A stretch of DNA of 64,000 nt, taken from a bacterium. GTDB lineage: Bacteria; SAR324; NAC60-12. Made by a program: the position numbers and the translations under genes. Of the stretch, positions 20,503 to 30,612 are shown one piece after another (position 1 is the stretch's first letter; the number at the start of each line of letters is the position of its first letter). The stretch covers positions 64,001 through 128,000 of the forward strand of contig CBDBHR010000025.1 of assembly GCA_965205865.1 (NCBI GenBank), written 5' to 3'. The notes under the pieces were generated by a model. It had not been told where the DNA came from, made no database searches, and saw only the letters and a program-made list of their open reading frames with translations.

Positions 20503-21023
20503 ATCCGCCTGCCGAGGTATACCTGGGGCTGGGTTCCAATTTAGGGGACCGAGTTGCTTTGCTGAAGGGAGCACGCCAAGCTTTGCAAGCACTGCCTTTA
20601 GCAAATTTTCAGACCTCTTCTATTTACGAAAGTGTTCCTTACAAGGGTGCTGAACAACCCTTGTACTACAATCAGGTGGTGAAAGGAAGCACATCGCTTG
20701 ATCCGGATCAGTTGCTGGCAAGTTGCCAGACCATTGAAGAAAAACTGGGACGTATTCGAACTGTACGGTCCATGCGGAAAAGTTGGGAGCCTCGTTTGAT
20801 CGACATCGACATTCTGTATTATGAAGATCTGATTCTGAATACGAATGCCCTGACCATCCCTCATGCCGACTTGACGAACCGTGGATTTGTCCTCATGCCG
20901 CTGGTCGAATTGGCTCCTCATTGGAGCGATCCTGGAACCCGGCAGTCCATGATGGCCTTGTTCCGGATTTGGCAGGCTCAAACAACAGAGCCCCTCCCCG
21001 TGCGAATCGATACTCTTTCTTAA
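20499..21023 (+). CDS. folK: 2-amino-4-hydroxy-6-hydroxymethyldihydropteridine diphosphokinase
   Basis: YLGLGSNLGDR, WEPRLIDIDIL, LTIPH..RGFVLMPL; ATGA overlap with argD. Confidence 0.95.
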   Translation: MNPPAEVYLGLGSNLGDRVALLKGARQALQALPLANFQTSSIYESVPYKGAEQPLYYNQVVKGSTSLDPDQLLASCQTIEEKLGRIRTVRSMRKSWEPRLIDIDILYYEDLILNTNALTIPHADLTNRGFVLMPLVELAPHWSDPGTRQSMMALFRIWQAQTTEPLPVRIDTLS

Positions 21024-21138
21024 TTGAAATGTGCCATTCGCATGGTCCGGAAAAATCAGAGAGATGGACTTGTTAACGGTCTCCGGTTTTTCTTCGATGG
21101 CATCTCTGAAATCGTCATTGGGTTAACCTATTGAGATC

Positions 21139-21624
21139 ATGAAAAATATTATTGGAAGTCTGCTGGTTTTACTTTTTATGGGACAGACGCTCCCGGGGCA
21201 GGAAACATTTCACTACGATACCAGTGGCCTGGCAGTGGAAGAACCGGGTAAAATCAAAGTGTTGGTTGAAAATCCTGGAGAAGAAGGTCAGACATGGGGA
21301 CTGACTGAACAAAGCATTCGCACTGCAATTGCAGGCAAGCTGCAATCAGCAAATATTGTTCCTCTTCCTGAAAAAAACTTCAGCCTGCCTTACTGGCTAT
21401 ATGTGGAAATTCAGCTACTGGATACGGCATTTCAGGTCGGGTTGAATTTCGACCGCCTCGTTTCCTATCGTGTCAAACAAAAAGTATTTCACACATTTGC
21501 TACTGTTTTCATTAGGGAATCGATTGGCATCAACTCCAAAAAAGACGGTCAGTATCCTTTGCAGATATTGAATAAGCTTCTCGATGAGTTCCTCAGTGAA
21601 TTTCAGAAGGCAAATCAAAAGTGA
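21139..21624 (+). CDS. Hypothetical exported protein
   Basis: 161-aa ORF with an N-terminal signal-like peptide. Confidence 0.7.
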   Translation: MKNIIGSLLVLLFMGQTLPGQETFHYDTSGLAVEEPGKIKVLVENPGEEGQTWGLTEQSIRTAIAGKLQSANIVPLPEKNFSLPYWLYVEIQLLDTAFQVGLNFDRLVSYRVKQKVFHTFATVFIRESIGINSKKDGQYPLQILNKLLDEFLSEFQKANQK

Positions 21625-21853
21625 GATGTGGCAATGGATGTTTTTCCAAATCCTGAGTTTTTTCCTTGACACTTCCAGGTAAGGATTGTATTTTTATTGC
21701 CATACCGCAGGAAATCGGGCATGCGCACTGGCTTCCATCAATACGGAATTTCCCCAGTGCGGCTTTTTTTAAGGTGGCTCGCTCGCCGAGCAGTCGTGAG
21801 AATCAAGTCGCGACAATGTTTTTAACCTATAAGAGATGAGGAAATTTTTTTCC

Positions 21854-22657
21854 ATGAAACTAGTTCGATACCAAGATTCATCTGGGGCGGTCCACCATGG
21901 CAGACGCCATGATGACGGTCGAGTGACACGCATCCACGGGGAGATATTAGGGTCATTCATCGATACCGACGATAGCGCCGACCTGCAAAAATTGCTGGCC
22001 CCCATTGAGCCACCTGACATCATCTGCATCGGTCTCAATTATCGCAAGCACGCTGCGGAGGGCAATTCGCCGATTCCCGATTATCCGATTGTATTCATGA
22101 AAAACATAGGAGCATTACAAAACCCTGACGACCCGATCATTCTCCCCCGTCGCCTTTTGAGCGAAGAAGTGGATTATGAGTGCGAGTTGGCCGTGGTGCT
22201 GGCGAAACCCTGCTATAACGTAGCGAAATCGGAAGCCTTGGACTATGTTCTGGGATACACTTGCGCGAACGACGTAAGCGCTCGTGACTGGCAATCACGT
22301 TATGGGGGAGGTCAATGGTGTCGCGGCAAAACATTTGCTACTTTTTGCCCTTTGGGACCATGGATCGTTACTACGGATGAGATTCCAAATCCAAACACCC
22401 TCGGCATTCGCACCATCCTGAACAAGCGGACCATGCAGGATTGGAATACAAATGACATGATCTTTGATGTACCCACTTTGATTGAATTCCTCAGTGGCAG
22501 TACGCGTCTATTGGCAGGGACGGTGATTTTGACGGGAACACCGCATGGTGTGGGCTCTGCTCGTAAACCTCCGCTTTACATGAAATCGGGTGATCGTGTC
22601 ACCATTGAGATAGACGGAATCGGATCGCTATCGAATGACTTGATCGAAGAATGCTAG
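21854..22657 (+). CDS. Fumarylacetoacetate hydrolase family protein
   Basis: ICIGLNYRKHA, VDYECEL, ANDVSARDWQ, ILTGTPHGVG. Confidence 0.95.
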   Translation: MKLVRYQDSSGAVHHGRRHDDGRVTRIHGEILGSFIDTDDSADLQKLLAPIEPPDIICIGLNYRKHAAEGNSPIPDYPIVFMKNIGALQNPDDPIILPRRLLSEEVDYECELAVVLAKPCYNVAKSEALDYVLGYTCANDVSARDWQSRYGGGQWCRGKTFATFCPLGPWIVTTDEIPNPNTLGIRTILNKRTMQDWNTNDMIFDVPTLIEFLSGSTRLLAGTVILTGTPHGVGSARKPPLYMKSGDRVTIEIDGIGSLSNDLIEEC

Positions 22658-22664
22658 GTTTTTA

Positions 22665-24713
22665 TTATTCCAAACTTTTTTCCTTTTTAGTTTCCGACTC
22701 ACTTTCAAGATCATCCGTACTTTCAGTAGATTCGGCACTGTCCGTTTCCCCGGGAGTTATAGTTGCAACCTTCCCGGCAAAGGTCCCTGTTGATTCCTCC
22801 ACAGGCGCTTCGAGTTCTTCGGAGTCAGTTTCTTTTGTATCCTCTACGGGCGCTTCGGTTTCTTCGGGGCTGGTCTCCGCTGATGCTTCGGATTGTTCGG
22901 AAGTCACCACAGCCGTTTCTTCTACTGCCACTTCACTTTCTGCAGCGTCTGCAGAATTCTTTTCATCAAGAGCTTCAGACTCCACAGTAGCCAAATCCGC
23001 AGACCTTTCCGAGGCTCCCTCCTCGTCCAACGCTTCCGACGTCTCGACACCCGGAGGCGGAACTACGGTATTTCTTTCCAGGATACTCAAGCCGAGCCGT
23101 CGCTCTTCAGGATCTATCTTAATCACCCGGGTGTGTACTTCAGTACCAAGGGAATAGAATTCTGCAAGTTTGGCTTTGGGTATAGCCGGGTCGATTTCCG
23201 AGATATGAACCAGACCTTCCACTCCTTCCAAAACCTCCACAAAGATCCCAAAATCGGTGATGTTGACAATTTTTCCGGTAACGTCACTGCCAATTTGATA
23301 TTTCTCATCCAAATTCTTCCAAGGATCTACGGAAAGTTGCTTGATACCTAAAGACAACCGCTCCTGATCGACATCGATATTGAGAATCTTGACTTCGATT
23401 TCGTCTCCTTTCCGCACAAAATCCGCAGGACGTTTTTGACGTTGACTCCAGGAGATATCGGAAACATGAACCAACCCGTCGATTCCTTCATCAAGTCCCA
23501 CAAAAATCCCAAACTCCGTCACATTGCGCACTTTTCCCATCACCACACTGCCAATCGGATAGATTTCCGAGGCCTGTTTCCAGGGATTGGGCAGTGCTTC
23601 TTTCATCGAGAGGGAAACGCGCCTGTGCTCCACATCCAAATCCTTGACGATGGTTTCCACTACCTCTCCCAGATTGACAAAGCGGGAAGGATTGCGGATT
23701 TTTTTAGTCCAGGACATTTCGGAGATATGGATCAAACCTTCAATTCCGGGTTCCAGTTCTATAAAGGCGCCATAGTCGGTCAGGCTGACTATTTTTCCGG
23801 CAACGCGTGTTCCCACCGGAAACTTATCCGAAGCGTTTTCCCAGGGATTCGGTGTTTTCTGTTTCATTCCCAGCGACACTTTCTGGAATTCTTTATCATA
23901 TTTCAACACCAGCACATCCACTTCATCTCCAATCTCAAACATCACGGAAGGATGCACAATACGTCCCCAAGTCATGTCCGTGATATGTAACAAGCCATCC
24001 ACTCCCCCGAGATCCACAAAGACCCCGTAATCGGTAATGTTCTTGACGTGCCCCTTCATTATTGTATTTTCTTGGAGAACTTCCAGTGTTTCTTTGCGAC
24101 GTCGCTCCCGGTCTACTTCCAGAAGCGCCCGGCGAGATAAGACGATATTGCCGCGTTTCTGGTTGAATTTGAGAATCGAGAATTCAAAAGATTCTCCAAT
24201 CAGCTTGTCCAGATTACGAACCGGTCGCAAATCGACCTGGGACCCTGGTAAAAATGCTTTGACCCCGATGTCTACTGACAATCCCCCTTTGATCCGTGCG
24301 GCAATCACCCCGTCAATGGTGCCACTTTCTTCAAAAACCTGGCCGACTTTTTCCCAAATTCTCAGTTTACGGGCTTTTTCTTTGGAAAGCCGGGTCACGC
24401 CATCTTCTTCTTCCAGCGCCTCCACATAAACTTCTACATGATCGCCAATCTCGATCTCGTAGTGGCCTTCCATGTTGACAAACTCTTCAATCGGAATTTG
24501 TCCTTCCGATTTATATCCGATGTCCACGGTCACAAAGTCTTTAGAAATTTTAGTAACCGTCCCTCCAACAATTCCATTCTCTTTGACGTTGCCGGATGTT
24601 TCTTCGTATAGCGCGTCAAAATCAATTTCATCTTCAACAAACAATATGGATTCTTCCTCCGCAGAGGAATCCAGCACTTCATTTGATTCTATTGTGGTTT
24701 CATCCGCATTCAT
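22665..24713 (-). CDS. rpsA: 30S ribosomal protein S1 with a long acidic C-terminal tail
   Basis: Six S1 repeats (VDIGYKSEG, AFLPGSQVD, DGLLHITDM, EGLIHISE and others). Confidence 0.97.
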   Translation of the reverse strand: MNADETTIESNEVLDSSAEEESILFVEDEIDFDALYEETSGNVKENGIVGGTVTKISKDFVTVDIGYKSEGQIPIEEFVNMEGHYEIEIGDHVEVYVEALEEEDGVTRLSKEKARKLRIWEKVGQVFEESGTIDGVIAARIKGGLSVDIGVKAFLPGSQVDLRPVRNLDKLIGESFEFSILKFNQKRGNIVLSRRALLEVDRERRRKETLEVLQENTIMKGHVKNITDYGVFVDLGGVDGLLHITDMTWGRIVHPSVMFEIGDEVDVLVLKYDKEFQKVSLGMKQKTPNPWENASDKFPVGTRVAGKIVSLTDYGAFIELEPGIEGLIHISEMSWTKKIRNPSRFVNLGEVVETIVKDLDVEHRRVSLSMKEALPNPWKQASEIYPIGSVVMGKVRNVTEFGIFVGLDEGIDGLVHVSDISWSQRQKRPADFVRKGDEIEVKILNIDVDQERLSLGIKQLSVDPWKNLDEKYQIGSDVTGKIVNITDFGIFVEVLEGVEGLVHISEIDPAIPKAKLAEFYSLGTEVHTRVIKIDPEERRLGLSILERNTVVPPPGVETSEALDEEGASERSADLATVESEALDEKNSADAAESEVAVEETAVVTSEQSEASAETSPEETEAPVEDTKETDSEELEAPVEESTGTFAGKVATITPGETDSAESTESTDDLESESETKKEKSLE

Positions 24714-24959
24714 AATTTAGGTTGCGTAACTGCGCAGGTTGTAGATTTGCATTCCAGGAACCTATTCAGGCTTTGCCTTCCCAGTTGGTGATTATTCTGC
24801 AAAGAAGAACGTAAAAAGTTGGATATTTTATCACAAGATCATCAAGAGTCAAATGAATTGATGGAAATAGGGAAAAACCGAGTGAAAATCCTCGGGTTTC
24901 TCAGGACCCTCTGCGCATTGTTGCAATTCGTGCTTCAATTTACTTTCGTCCATGTCGCC

Positions 24960-25430
24960 TATGCGGAAATAAGGACGTGGACCCAATAGAACACTCTGAT
25001 TGATGAGTTTGTCAGGCTCTCCGTTTTGATGACCGTCATTGGCGCAGGCATCGAAGCATATACGACCCCAGTTGTTATAATCAATGCGTATGCAATTTTT
25101 TGGAGAGACATTATTTCCCTTTCATGATTGTAGGCGCATGCAAAATCGATTTGTATGAGAGATCGGTCTACGCGATCATAGTTAAAACTAAATTCGGTTT
25201 TGAAGAAGAATTCCCATCGGCGGAGCAGGTTACCAAGGCTGGGAAAATAGTCTTTTCGGATACGCTGAAAAGGTGCGATGGTAATCAACCATCTCATGGA
25301 TGTCACTACAAAAGAGCACACTGAGTTCATCGTGATGGGTCTTTCAGGTCCTGTTGCGCACACCCTTCACACGCTCAATATCTTGTATGGCGTACCGGAA
25401 AATCAGGTTGTCGAAACCCTGGATGGACGC
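24960..25430 (+). pseudogene. Decayed transporter fragment, probably SulP/STAS C-terminus
   Basis: AMVINHLMDVTTKEHTEFIVMGLSGPVAHTLHTLNIL..VVETLD resembles STAS C-termini; upstream frames are broken. Confidence 0.45.
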
Positions 25431-25599
25431 GGCAGGTTGCGAAAGATCTCCTCAATGGTTGACACGAAGGACTTCGCAGGACGCGGTTCGTTTGTCAACC
25501 CATTTCAAAACAAACCATTGACCAATTTTTCAGAGAACACGGAAATTCACACAACTTTCTTTGCTGAAAGTCGATTATCACCCTTGTCCTCAGGAAAAA

Positions 25600-27588
25600 T
25601 CATGTTTCTCCGGAGAAACGGTTTTGCTGGAGAAAAGAGAGGAATTTTTCGGAAGAAGCCATGATCCCGGCATGTTTGGCCAGCACCTGGTTGCTGGCGT
25701 TCAGCACCACGTAGAAAGGCAGGGCGACAGTTTGAAAACGTTCGACTTGCAGGGCCTGATTGGTTTGATAATTGTCTCCTCCATCGGTATAAAGCTGGAC
25801 GAGGACGAAATTTTCTCTGAACGTTTCCAACACCTTGGCATCAGCAAAGATATACTTTTCCATCCATCGGCAATTGACGCAGGTGTATCCGGTAAAATCG
25901 ACAAAAACCAATTTGTCCTCCTGTTTGGCCAATGCCAGAGCAGTCGATAAATCATTCATCCAGGGTAGCGCATGAACCTGATCCAGATTGTATTGGGAGG
26001 AATTCGGCACGGCAATATCGGGAGTTCCGGAGTTGGACAATTGAGGGGGAAGATAGGCATCGACAAACCCATTGAGTGGCATTCCCTGCAGTCCCTGGGT
26101 CAAGTAGCTTCCTAAAAACAAAAAAATGAAAGCAGTAGTAAAACCGGTAGCGCCTGTTTTCTGAACCCGCGCATCGTGAATGGTGATGGACCCCAGTAAG
26201 AACAACCCCACCAGAAAAGCCAGGATGATCCAGGAATACAAGACAAAATCACGATCAATGATTCCCCATTGCCAGACTAAATCCGCGTTACTGAAAAATT
26301 TGAAGGCAGCTGCCAATTCGATCAGCCCCAAAACAACTTTCATATGAGTGAGCCAGGCGCCAGAGCGAGATTTTATCGACTGAATCAAGCGGGGAAGCAG
26401 ACCGAGCAAAAAGAAAGGCAGGGCAAAAACCGTGGAGAAAATCAACATGCCCAGCACTGGCCAAAGCCAATGTCCGCGGGATGCGGCGATCAACATGGTT
26501 CCTACGAACTGGACGGTACAAGTGAATGAAGTGAGAGTGAAAACCAACCCCATCAATACAATGCCAAACGAGCCTCCGGTTTTACGGGAAAACTGATCCA
26601 TACGGTTTGAGAGACTTGCAGGAATGGAAAGACTGAAAAAACCCATCAAACTGAAGGCAAATACCAGAAAGAGGAGGCCGATGGTAAAATTGACATAGCC
26701 ATTGGTAGCTAATTGAATCGCTCCCGTTGCCCCCAGTAAAACAGAGAGTCCCATACCTGTAGCGGTGTATGTGCCTATAATTCCCAAACCAAACAAAGAA
26801 GCAAATTTCAAAACCTGGCTGTAGGACGCTTCTTCCTGCTTGGTGAAAAAAGCCATGGTGACCGGAATCATGGGAAAAACGCAGGGTGTGAGCAATGCCA
26901 GAAAACCCGAAAAAATTGCCAACAGAATAAAACCACCCACACCGCCGGCTAATGCCTCGCTCAGTTCATCTTCCGCATCAAGAGCCCCTGGCAGGGGATT
27001 GATGTCGTAGCGAGGCATTTCGAAATCCGCACGCATCGGACCCGATCCTGACGTGAAAAAAAGGGTCAATCTTTCCGTTTTTGGAGGAAGACAGATTTTG
27101 TCGCTGCATGCCTGATATCGGATGGCCACATTTGAAGAGAAAGGCTGGTTACCGGGAGTGATTTCGGCAAGCTCGAGATTCTGAAAAAAATAAAAAGAGT
27201 TTTCGTGGTAACGGAGTTCCATGCCAATCACCGGATCGAATGCCATCACCGGATTGGTTTCGTACGGAGGACCGATGAGTTCCACATGCTGCCCCGCTTC
27301 CACCAATACATTTGTAGGAAGAGGAGCAAATTCATCTTCTGAAGGTATCAAGGAATACACATGCCAACCCTCGACGACCTTTCCCTTCATCAGTATTCGC
27401 GCGTGTTCACCTGCACGGGGATTTTCCGGTTGCAATGAAAGAGAAAAGGTAGTGACAATTTCCGGAATTTGCACTTCGGAAGATTCGAACTGGGCGGAGG
27501 CCGTCTGTGGCAGAACGAATGAGACGAGCAAAGCAAACCAATGCCATCGAAAATCAACTATTTTTTTATTGAACAATAAATCTTGCAT
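25600..27588 (-). CDS. dsbD: Thiol:disulfide interchange protein (DsbD-like)
   Basis: QACSDKICLPP, LTPCVFPMIP, FTCT, DFTGYTCVNCR thioredoxin domain. Confidence 0.93.
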   Translation of the reverse strand: MQDLLFNKKIVDFRWHWFALLVSFVLPQTASAQFESSEVQIPEIVTTFSLSLQPENPRAGEHARILMKGKVVEGWHVYSLIPSEDEFAPLPTNVLVEAGQHVELIGPPYETNPVMAFDPVIGMELRYHENSFYFFQNLELAEITPGNQPFSSNVAIRYQACSDKICLPPKTERLTLFFTSGSGPMRADFEMPRYDINPLPGALDAEDELSEALAGGVGGFILLAIFSGFLALLTPCVFPMIPVTMAFFTKQEEASYSQVLKFASLFGLGIIGTYTATGMGLSVLLGATGAIQLATNGYVNFTIGLLFLVFAFSLMGFFSLSIPASLSNRMDQFSRKTGGSFGIVLMGLVFTLTSFTCTVQFVGTMLIAASRGHWLWPVLGMLIFSTVFALPFFLLGLLPRLIQSIKSRSGAWLTHMKVVLGLIELAAAFKFFSNADLVWQWGIIDRDFVLYSWIILAFLVGLFLLGSITIHDARVQKTGATGFTTAFIFLFLGSYLTQGLQGMPLNGFVDAYLPPQLSNSGTPDIAVPNSSQYNLDQVHALPWMNDLSTALALAKQEDKLVFVDFTGYTCVNCRWMEKYIFADAKVLETFRENFVLVQLYTDGGDNYQTNQALQVERFQTVALPFYVVLNASNQVLAKHAGIMASSEKFLSFLQQNRFSGET

Positions 27589-27727
27589 AGCATCGAATAT
27601 AGTAATTGTATTTGGAAATTCCTTTCAATATATCGGAATTTCCTTTAAAAAAACAGGAAACGGTTGTTATTATGTGACAAACTAAAAGTTAACAAAAATA
27701 TGAACCACCGATAACCCCCAAAGGAAA

Positions 27728-28657
27728 ATGGCCAAGAAAGCAAAGAAACAAAAAGCAGGGATGCTGAAGCGTAAAAAACGAAAACTAACCCAAAAAACGA
27801 TAGATCGCAGACGGGTCGCAAGTCGCATGCCTCAAAAACCGAGTTCTGAAAAAGAAGTGCTGAAGATTCTGCAACGACTCCCTATTCTGGCCTATGAACC
27901 CGAACTGCTTGATCTTCATTTTGAAGAAGCTTCCCTGCGTTACCAATTGGAACGAGATTATCCGGAACCACAAATTATAAAAAATCTTATCTCTGCAGAA
28001 TTCCTGGCAGAATTTCAAGAGCGTTTAGAAAAAATGAATGTCCGTACCAGCTCAGAGACGCAGAAAAACATGATGGTCAGGGCAATGCTCTACAACCTGG
28101 AGCACGATCAAATACCTCTCTTCGCCAATCCTCTGATCGTGGCAATCTACCTCCGCTCCAAAGCGCAATTTGAAGGATACGCTTTGGCTTTGCCCCAAAT
28201 CTTCAACACCCTGAAATCTTATGATATAAGTCATAAGGAAACCATCGAAAAAATGATCAAATCCCCAGACATGGAGGCAGATATTACCGAAATTGAAGAA
28301 ATAGCGCCTGCAGCACCTCCCATCGATTCCGCATTGGTGGAGATGTATTTTCTAACCCTGAAGGAATTCGAAGAAACAGTGGAAGAACGAATGAGAGAAG
28401 ACCTCGAGGTTTTTATTGAAGATTATGTCAGACGCCCCATCGAAGAATGGACAGCAGAGATGATGGATGATTTTCTAGGCAATTGGTTTATAAAAAACCT
28501 CCATCCGGTGGTTGATGATTTGATCAGCATGCAAAACACGCTGGAACATTTTTTTCAGTTCCTTGCAAAACAAGAGAAAATTTCTGCGGAAAAAATGCAA
28601 ACCATCCTACCTTTATTGCAAGACAAAGTGACTTACAGACAGCGGATGCTGACCTGA
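27728..28657 (+). CDS. Hypothetical protein with a basic N-terminus
   Basis: 309-aa ORF with an AAGGA RBS; no motif recognised. Confidence 0.8.
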   Translation: MAKKAKKQKAGMLKRKKRKLTQKTIDRRRVASRMPQKPSSEKEVLKILQRLPILAYEPELLDLHFEEASLRYQLERDYPEPQIIKNLISAEFLAEFQERLEKMNVRTSSETQKNMMVRAMLYNLEHDQIPLFANPLIVAIYLRSKAQFEGYALALPQIFNTLKSYDISHKETIEKMIKSPDMEADITEIEEIAPAAPPIDSALVEMYFLTLKEFEETVEERMREDLEVFIEDYVRRPIEEWTAEMMDDFLGNWFIKNLHPVVDDLISMQNTLEHFFQFLAKQEKISAEKMQTILPLLQDKVTYRQRMLT

Positions 28658-28901
28658 AGGTCATTTGCTTCGCATGATGAGAACGACGTATCTATTACAT
28701 TAAAAGATAAAGTTCCTTTTTGTCCCGGAAATGATATGATTCTCCCTGATGGTGGTCACATTTTGTTGACGTGGTGGACGCAGCTTCCTCAACTTCGCAA
28801 ATTGCCGTTCAAATATATGGGTTCATGGTGCTGAAGCGCTGTTGGGTATCCGCATCCTCGAGACAAATGAGAAATATTAATTCAGAAAGTTGAAATTGGT
28901 G

Positions 28902-30356
28902 ATGGATGATTCGATACGGGTTTTAATTGTTGACGACGAGCAAAGCATTCGCTGGGTCTTGCAGCAAACTTTCTCCCATCTTGGCTATTCTCTGCGCATG
29001 GCAGAAACAGCTGCGGAGGCGAGACGTCTCATGCGAACACAGCCCATCGATATTGCATTCATCGATATCAACCTGCCAGATCAAGATGGTCTATTACTAA
29101 TGGAAGAGATGCTCCCGCGCTTTCCTGCCTTACTTGCCATTGTGATTACAGGGCAAAGCACTATGTACAATACCGTCACTGCCATGAAAATAGGCGCCTA
29201 CGAGTACTTAGCCAAGCCTTTTGATATTGCAGATGCCGAAGCGTTGGTGCAGCAGGCAGCTGCGGTTGTCCTCAGTAACCGCGCCAATCGAAAGAAAAAC
29301 GACTTTAAAAAAAAGGAAAAAGAAGAATTGCTGATAGGGAATAGCAAATCCATGCATGCCTTGTATAAAGCCGTCGGCCGAGTGGCATCGACGGATCTCA
29401 CAGTTATGATTCTGGGGGAGAGTGGTACGGGTAAAGAATTGATTGCCCGTTCCATTCATCAGCATTCTCTACGAACAAACCAACCTTTCATTGCGCTCAA
29501 TTGTGCCGCCATCCCCTCAGAACTTCTCGAATCCGAATTGTTCGGCCATGAAAAAGGAGCCTTTACCGGAGCAGGAGAGCGCAAACGGGGAAAATTGGAA
29601 TTGGCCCATTGCGGAACTTTGTTTTTGGATGAAATTGGTGACATGCCCCCCAAGCTACAAAGCAAACTGTTGCGCGTTTTGCAGGAAAAAATCTTTGAAC
29701 GGGTTGGTGGACATGAAGAAATCAAAACGGACATGCGAGTGATTGCAGCCACGCATCGTAATTTGGAAAAACTGATCGAAGAAGGGCTTTTTCGCAAAGA
29801 TTTGTATTACCGGCTCAATGTTTTTTCCATTTATATCCCTCCCCTGCGAGAGCGTCGAGAAGATATCCCCGTGCTGACCGAGCATTTTTTGCAAAAAGGA
29901 CAGAAAGAACTGGCGGTTTACAATAAGCGACTGGCCCCCGAAGTGTTGACCAAGCTGCGACAATATCACTGGCCTGGTAATGTTCGAGAGTTGGAAAACG
30001 TGATCAAAAGTCTGATGATCACCAATGTATCTGAAACTATCACCCTCGATACTCTCCCTCACAACATTGGGCAGCAGTCTCTCTATGTGGAGGAAGAAGG
30101 GCAGTTGGAAGAGTTGGTTTATTCCAAAATCAAACCGACAGTGTCCGAATATGTCGAGCAAGAAGGAAACGCCCTGATGGATTTGATCATGCCCCAGTTG
30201 GAACGCCCCTTGTTGAAACTGACCCTGGAAAAGACGAAGTGGAATCAAAACCGCAGTTCCCGGATTCTTGGAATCAACCGCAATACGCTACGGAAAAAAA
30301 TTGCAATGCTGGGATTGCAAAAAGCAGAGGGTTCCCACACTACCGATTCACAATAG
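28902..30356 (+). CDS. Sigma-54-dependent response regulator (NtrC family)
   Basis: Receiver domain, GESGTGKE, GAFTGA, WPGNVRELEN, Fis-type HTH LGINRNTLRKK. Confidence 0.95.
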   Translation: MDDSIRVLIVDDEQSIRWVLQQTFSHLGYSLRMAETAAEARRLMRTQPIDIAFIDINLPDQDGLLLMEEMLPRFPALLAIVITGQSTMYNTVTAMKIGAYEYLAKPFDIADAEALVQQAAAVVLSNRANRKKNDFKKKEKEELLIGNSKSMHALYKAVGRVASTDLTVMILGESGTGKELIARSIHQHSLRTNQPFIALNCAAIPSELLESELFGHEKGAFTGAGERKRGKLELAHCGTLFLDEIGDMPPKLQSKLLRVLQEKIFERVGGHEEIKTDMRVIAATHRNLEKLIEEGLFRKDLYYRLNVFSIYIPPLRERREDIPVLTEHFLQKGQKELAVYNKRLAPEVLTKLRQYHWPGNVRELENVIKSLMITNVSETITLDTLPHNIGQQSLYVEEEGQLEELVYSKIKPTVSEYVEQEGNALMDLIMPQLERPLLKLTLEKTKWNQNRSSRILGINRNTLRKKIAMLGLQKAEGSHTTDSQ

Positions 30357-30368
30357 GAGAGGGAGAAT
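30327..30368 (-). repeat. 42-bp palindromic element (degenerate) spanning the NtrC stop codon
   Basis: Plus strand GAGGGTTCCCACACTACCGATTCACAATAGGAGAGGGAG = EGSHTTDSQ*. Confidence 0.7.
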
Positions 30369-30376
30369 ACGGTTTC

Positions 30377-30610
30377 ATGAATGCGTCGGATTCTCGAAAA
30401 AAATTGATCGTTAAATGTCCCCAATGCGCGAAGCCCATTAACTGGGCAACCGTTTCCTTCCGTCCCTTTTGCTCGAAGCGATGCCAGATTTTGGATCAAG
30501 CAGCATGGGCGGACGGGAAATATCACATTCCCCCCCAACCCGGCGTCTCTGATTCCTCCCACAGTATTGTTCAGTCAACCGGACTGGAACCCTCAGAAGA
30601 AACCAGCTGA
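30377..30610 (+). CDS. yacG: DNA gyrase inhibitor YacG
   Basis: KCPQC..FRPFCSKRCQILD..WADGKY.IP. Confidence 0.9.
   Translation: MNASDSRKKLIVKCPQCAKPINWATVSFRPFCSKRCQILDQAAWADGKYHIPPQPGVSDSSHSIVQSTGLEPSEETS
30553..30594 (+). repeat. 42-bp palindromic element forming the YacG C-terminal tail
   Basis: TTCCTCCCACAGTATTGTTCAGTCAACCGGACTGGAACCCTC = SSHSIVQSTGLEP. Confidence 0.8.
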
Positions 30611-30612
30611 AT

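Noticed and set aside
19625-20780. Short apparent inserts in argD (HSSRQATASS) and folK (RTVRSMRK), also glgA (EVPSRRLT) and pheT (TRPSASQ), as a further repeat family
   Set aside because: I could not see a shared nucleotide consensus; ortholog alignment would be needed.
28660-28900. Sigma-54 promoter or NtrC binding sites
   Set aside because: No convincing -24/-12 or dyad match.
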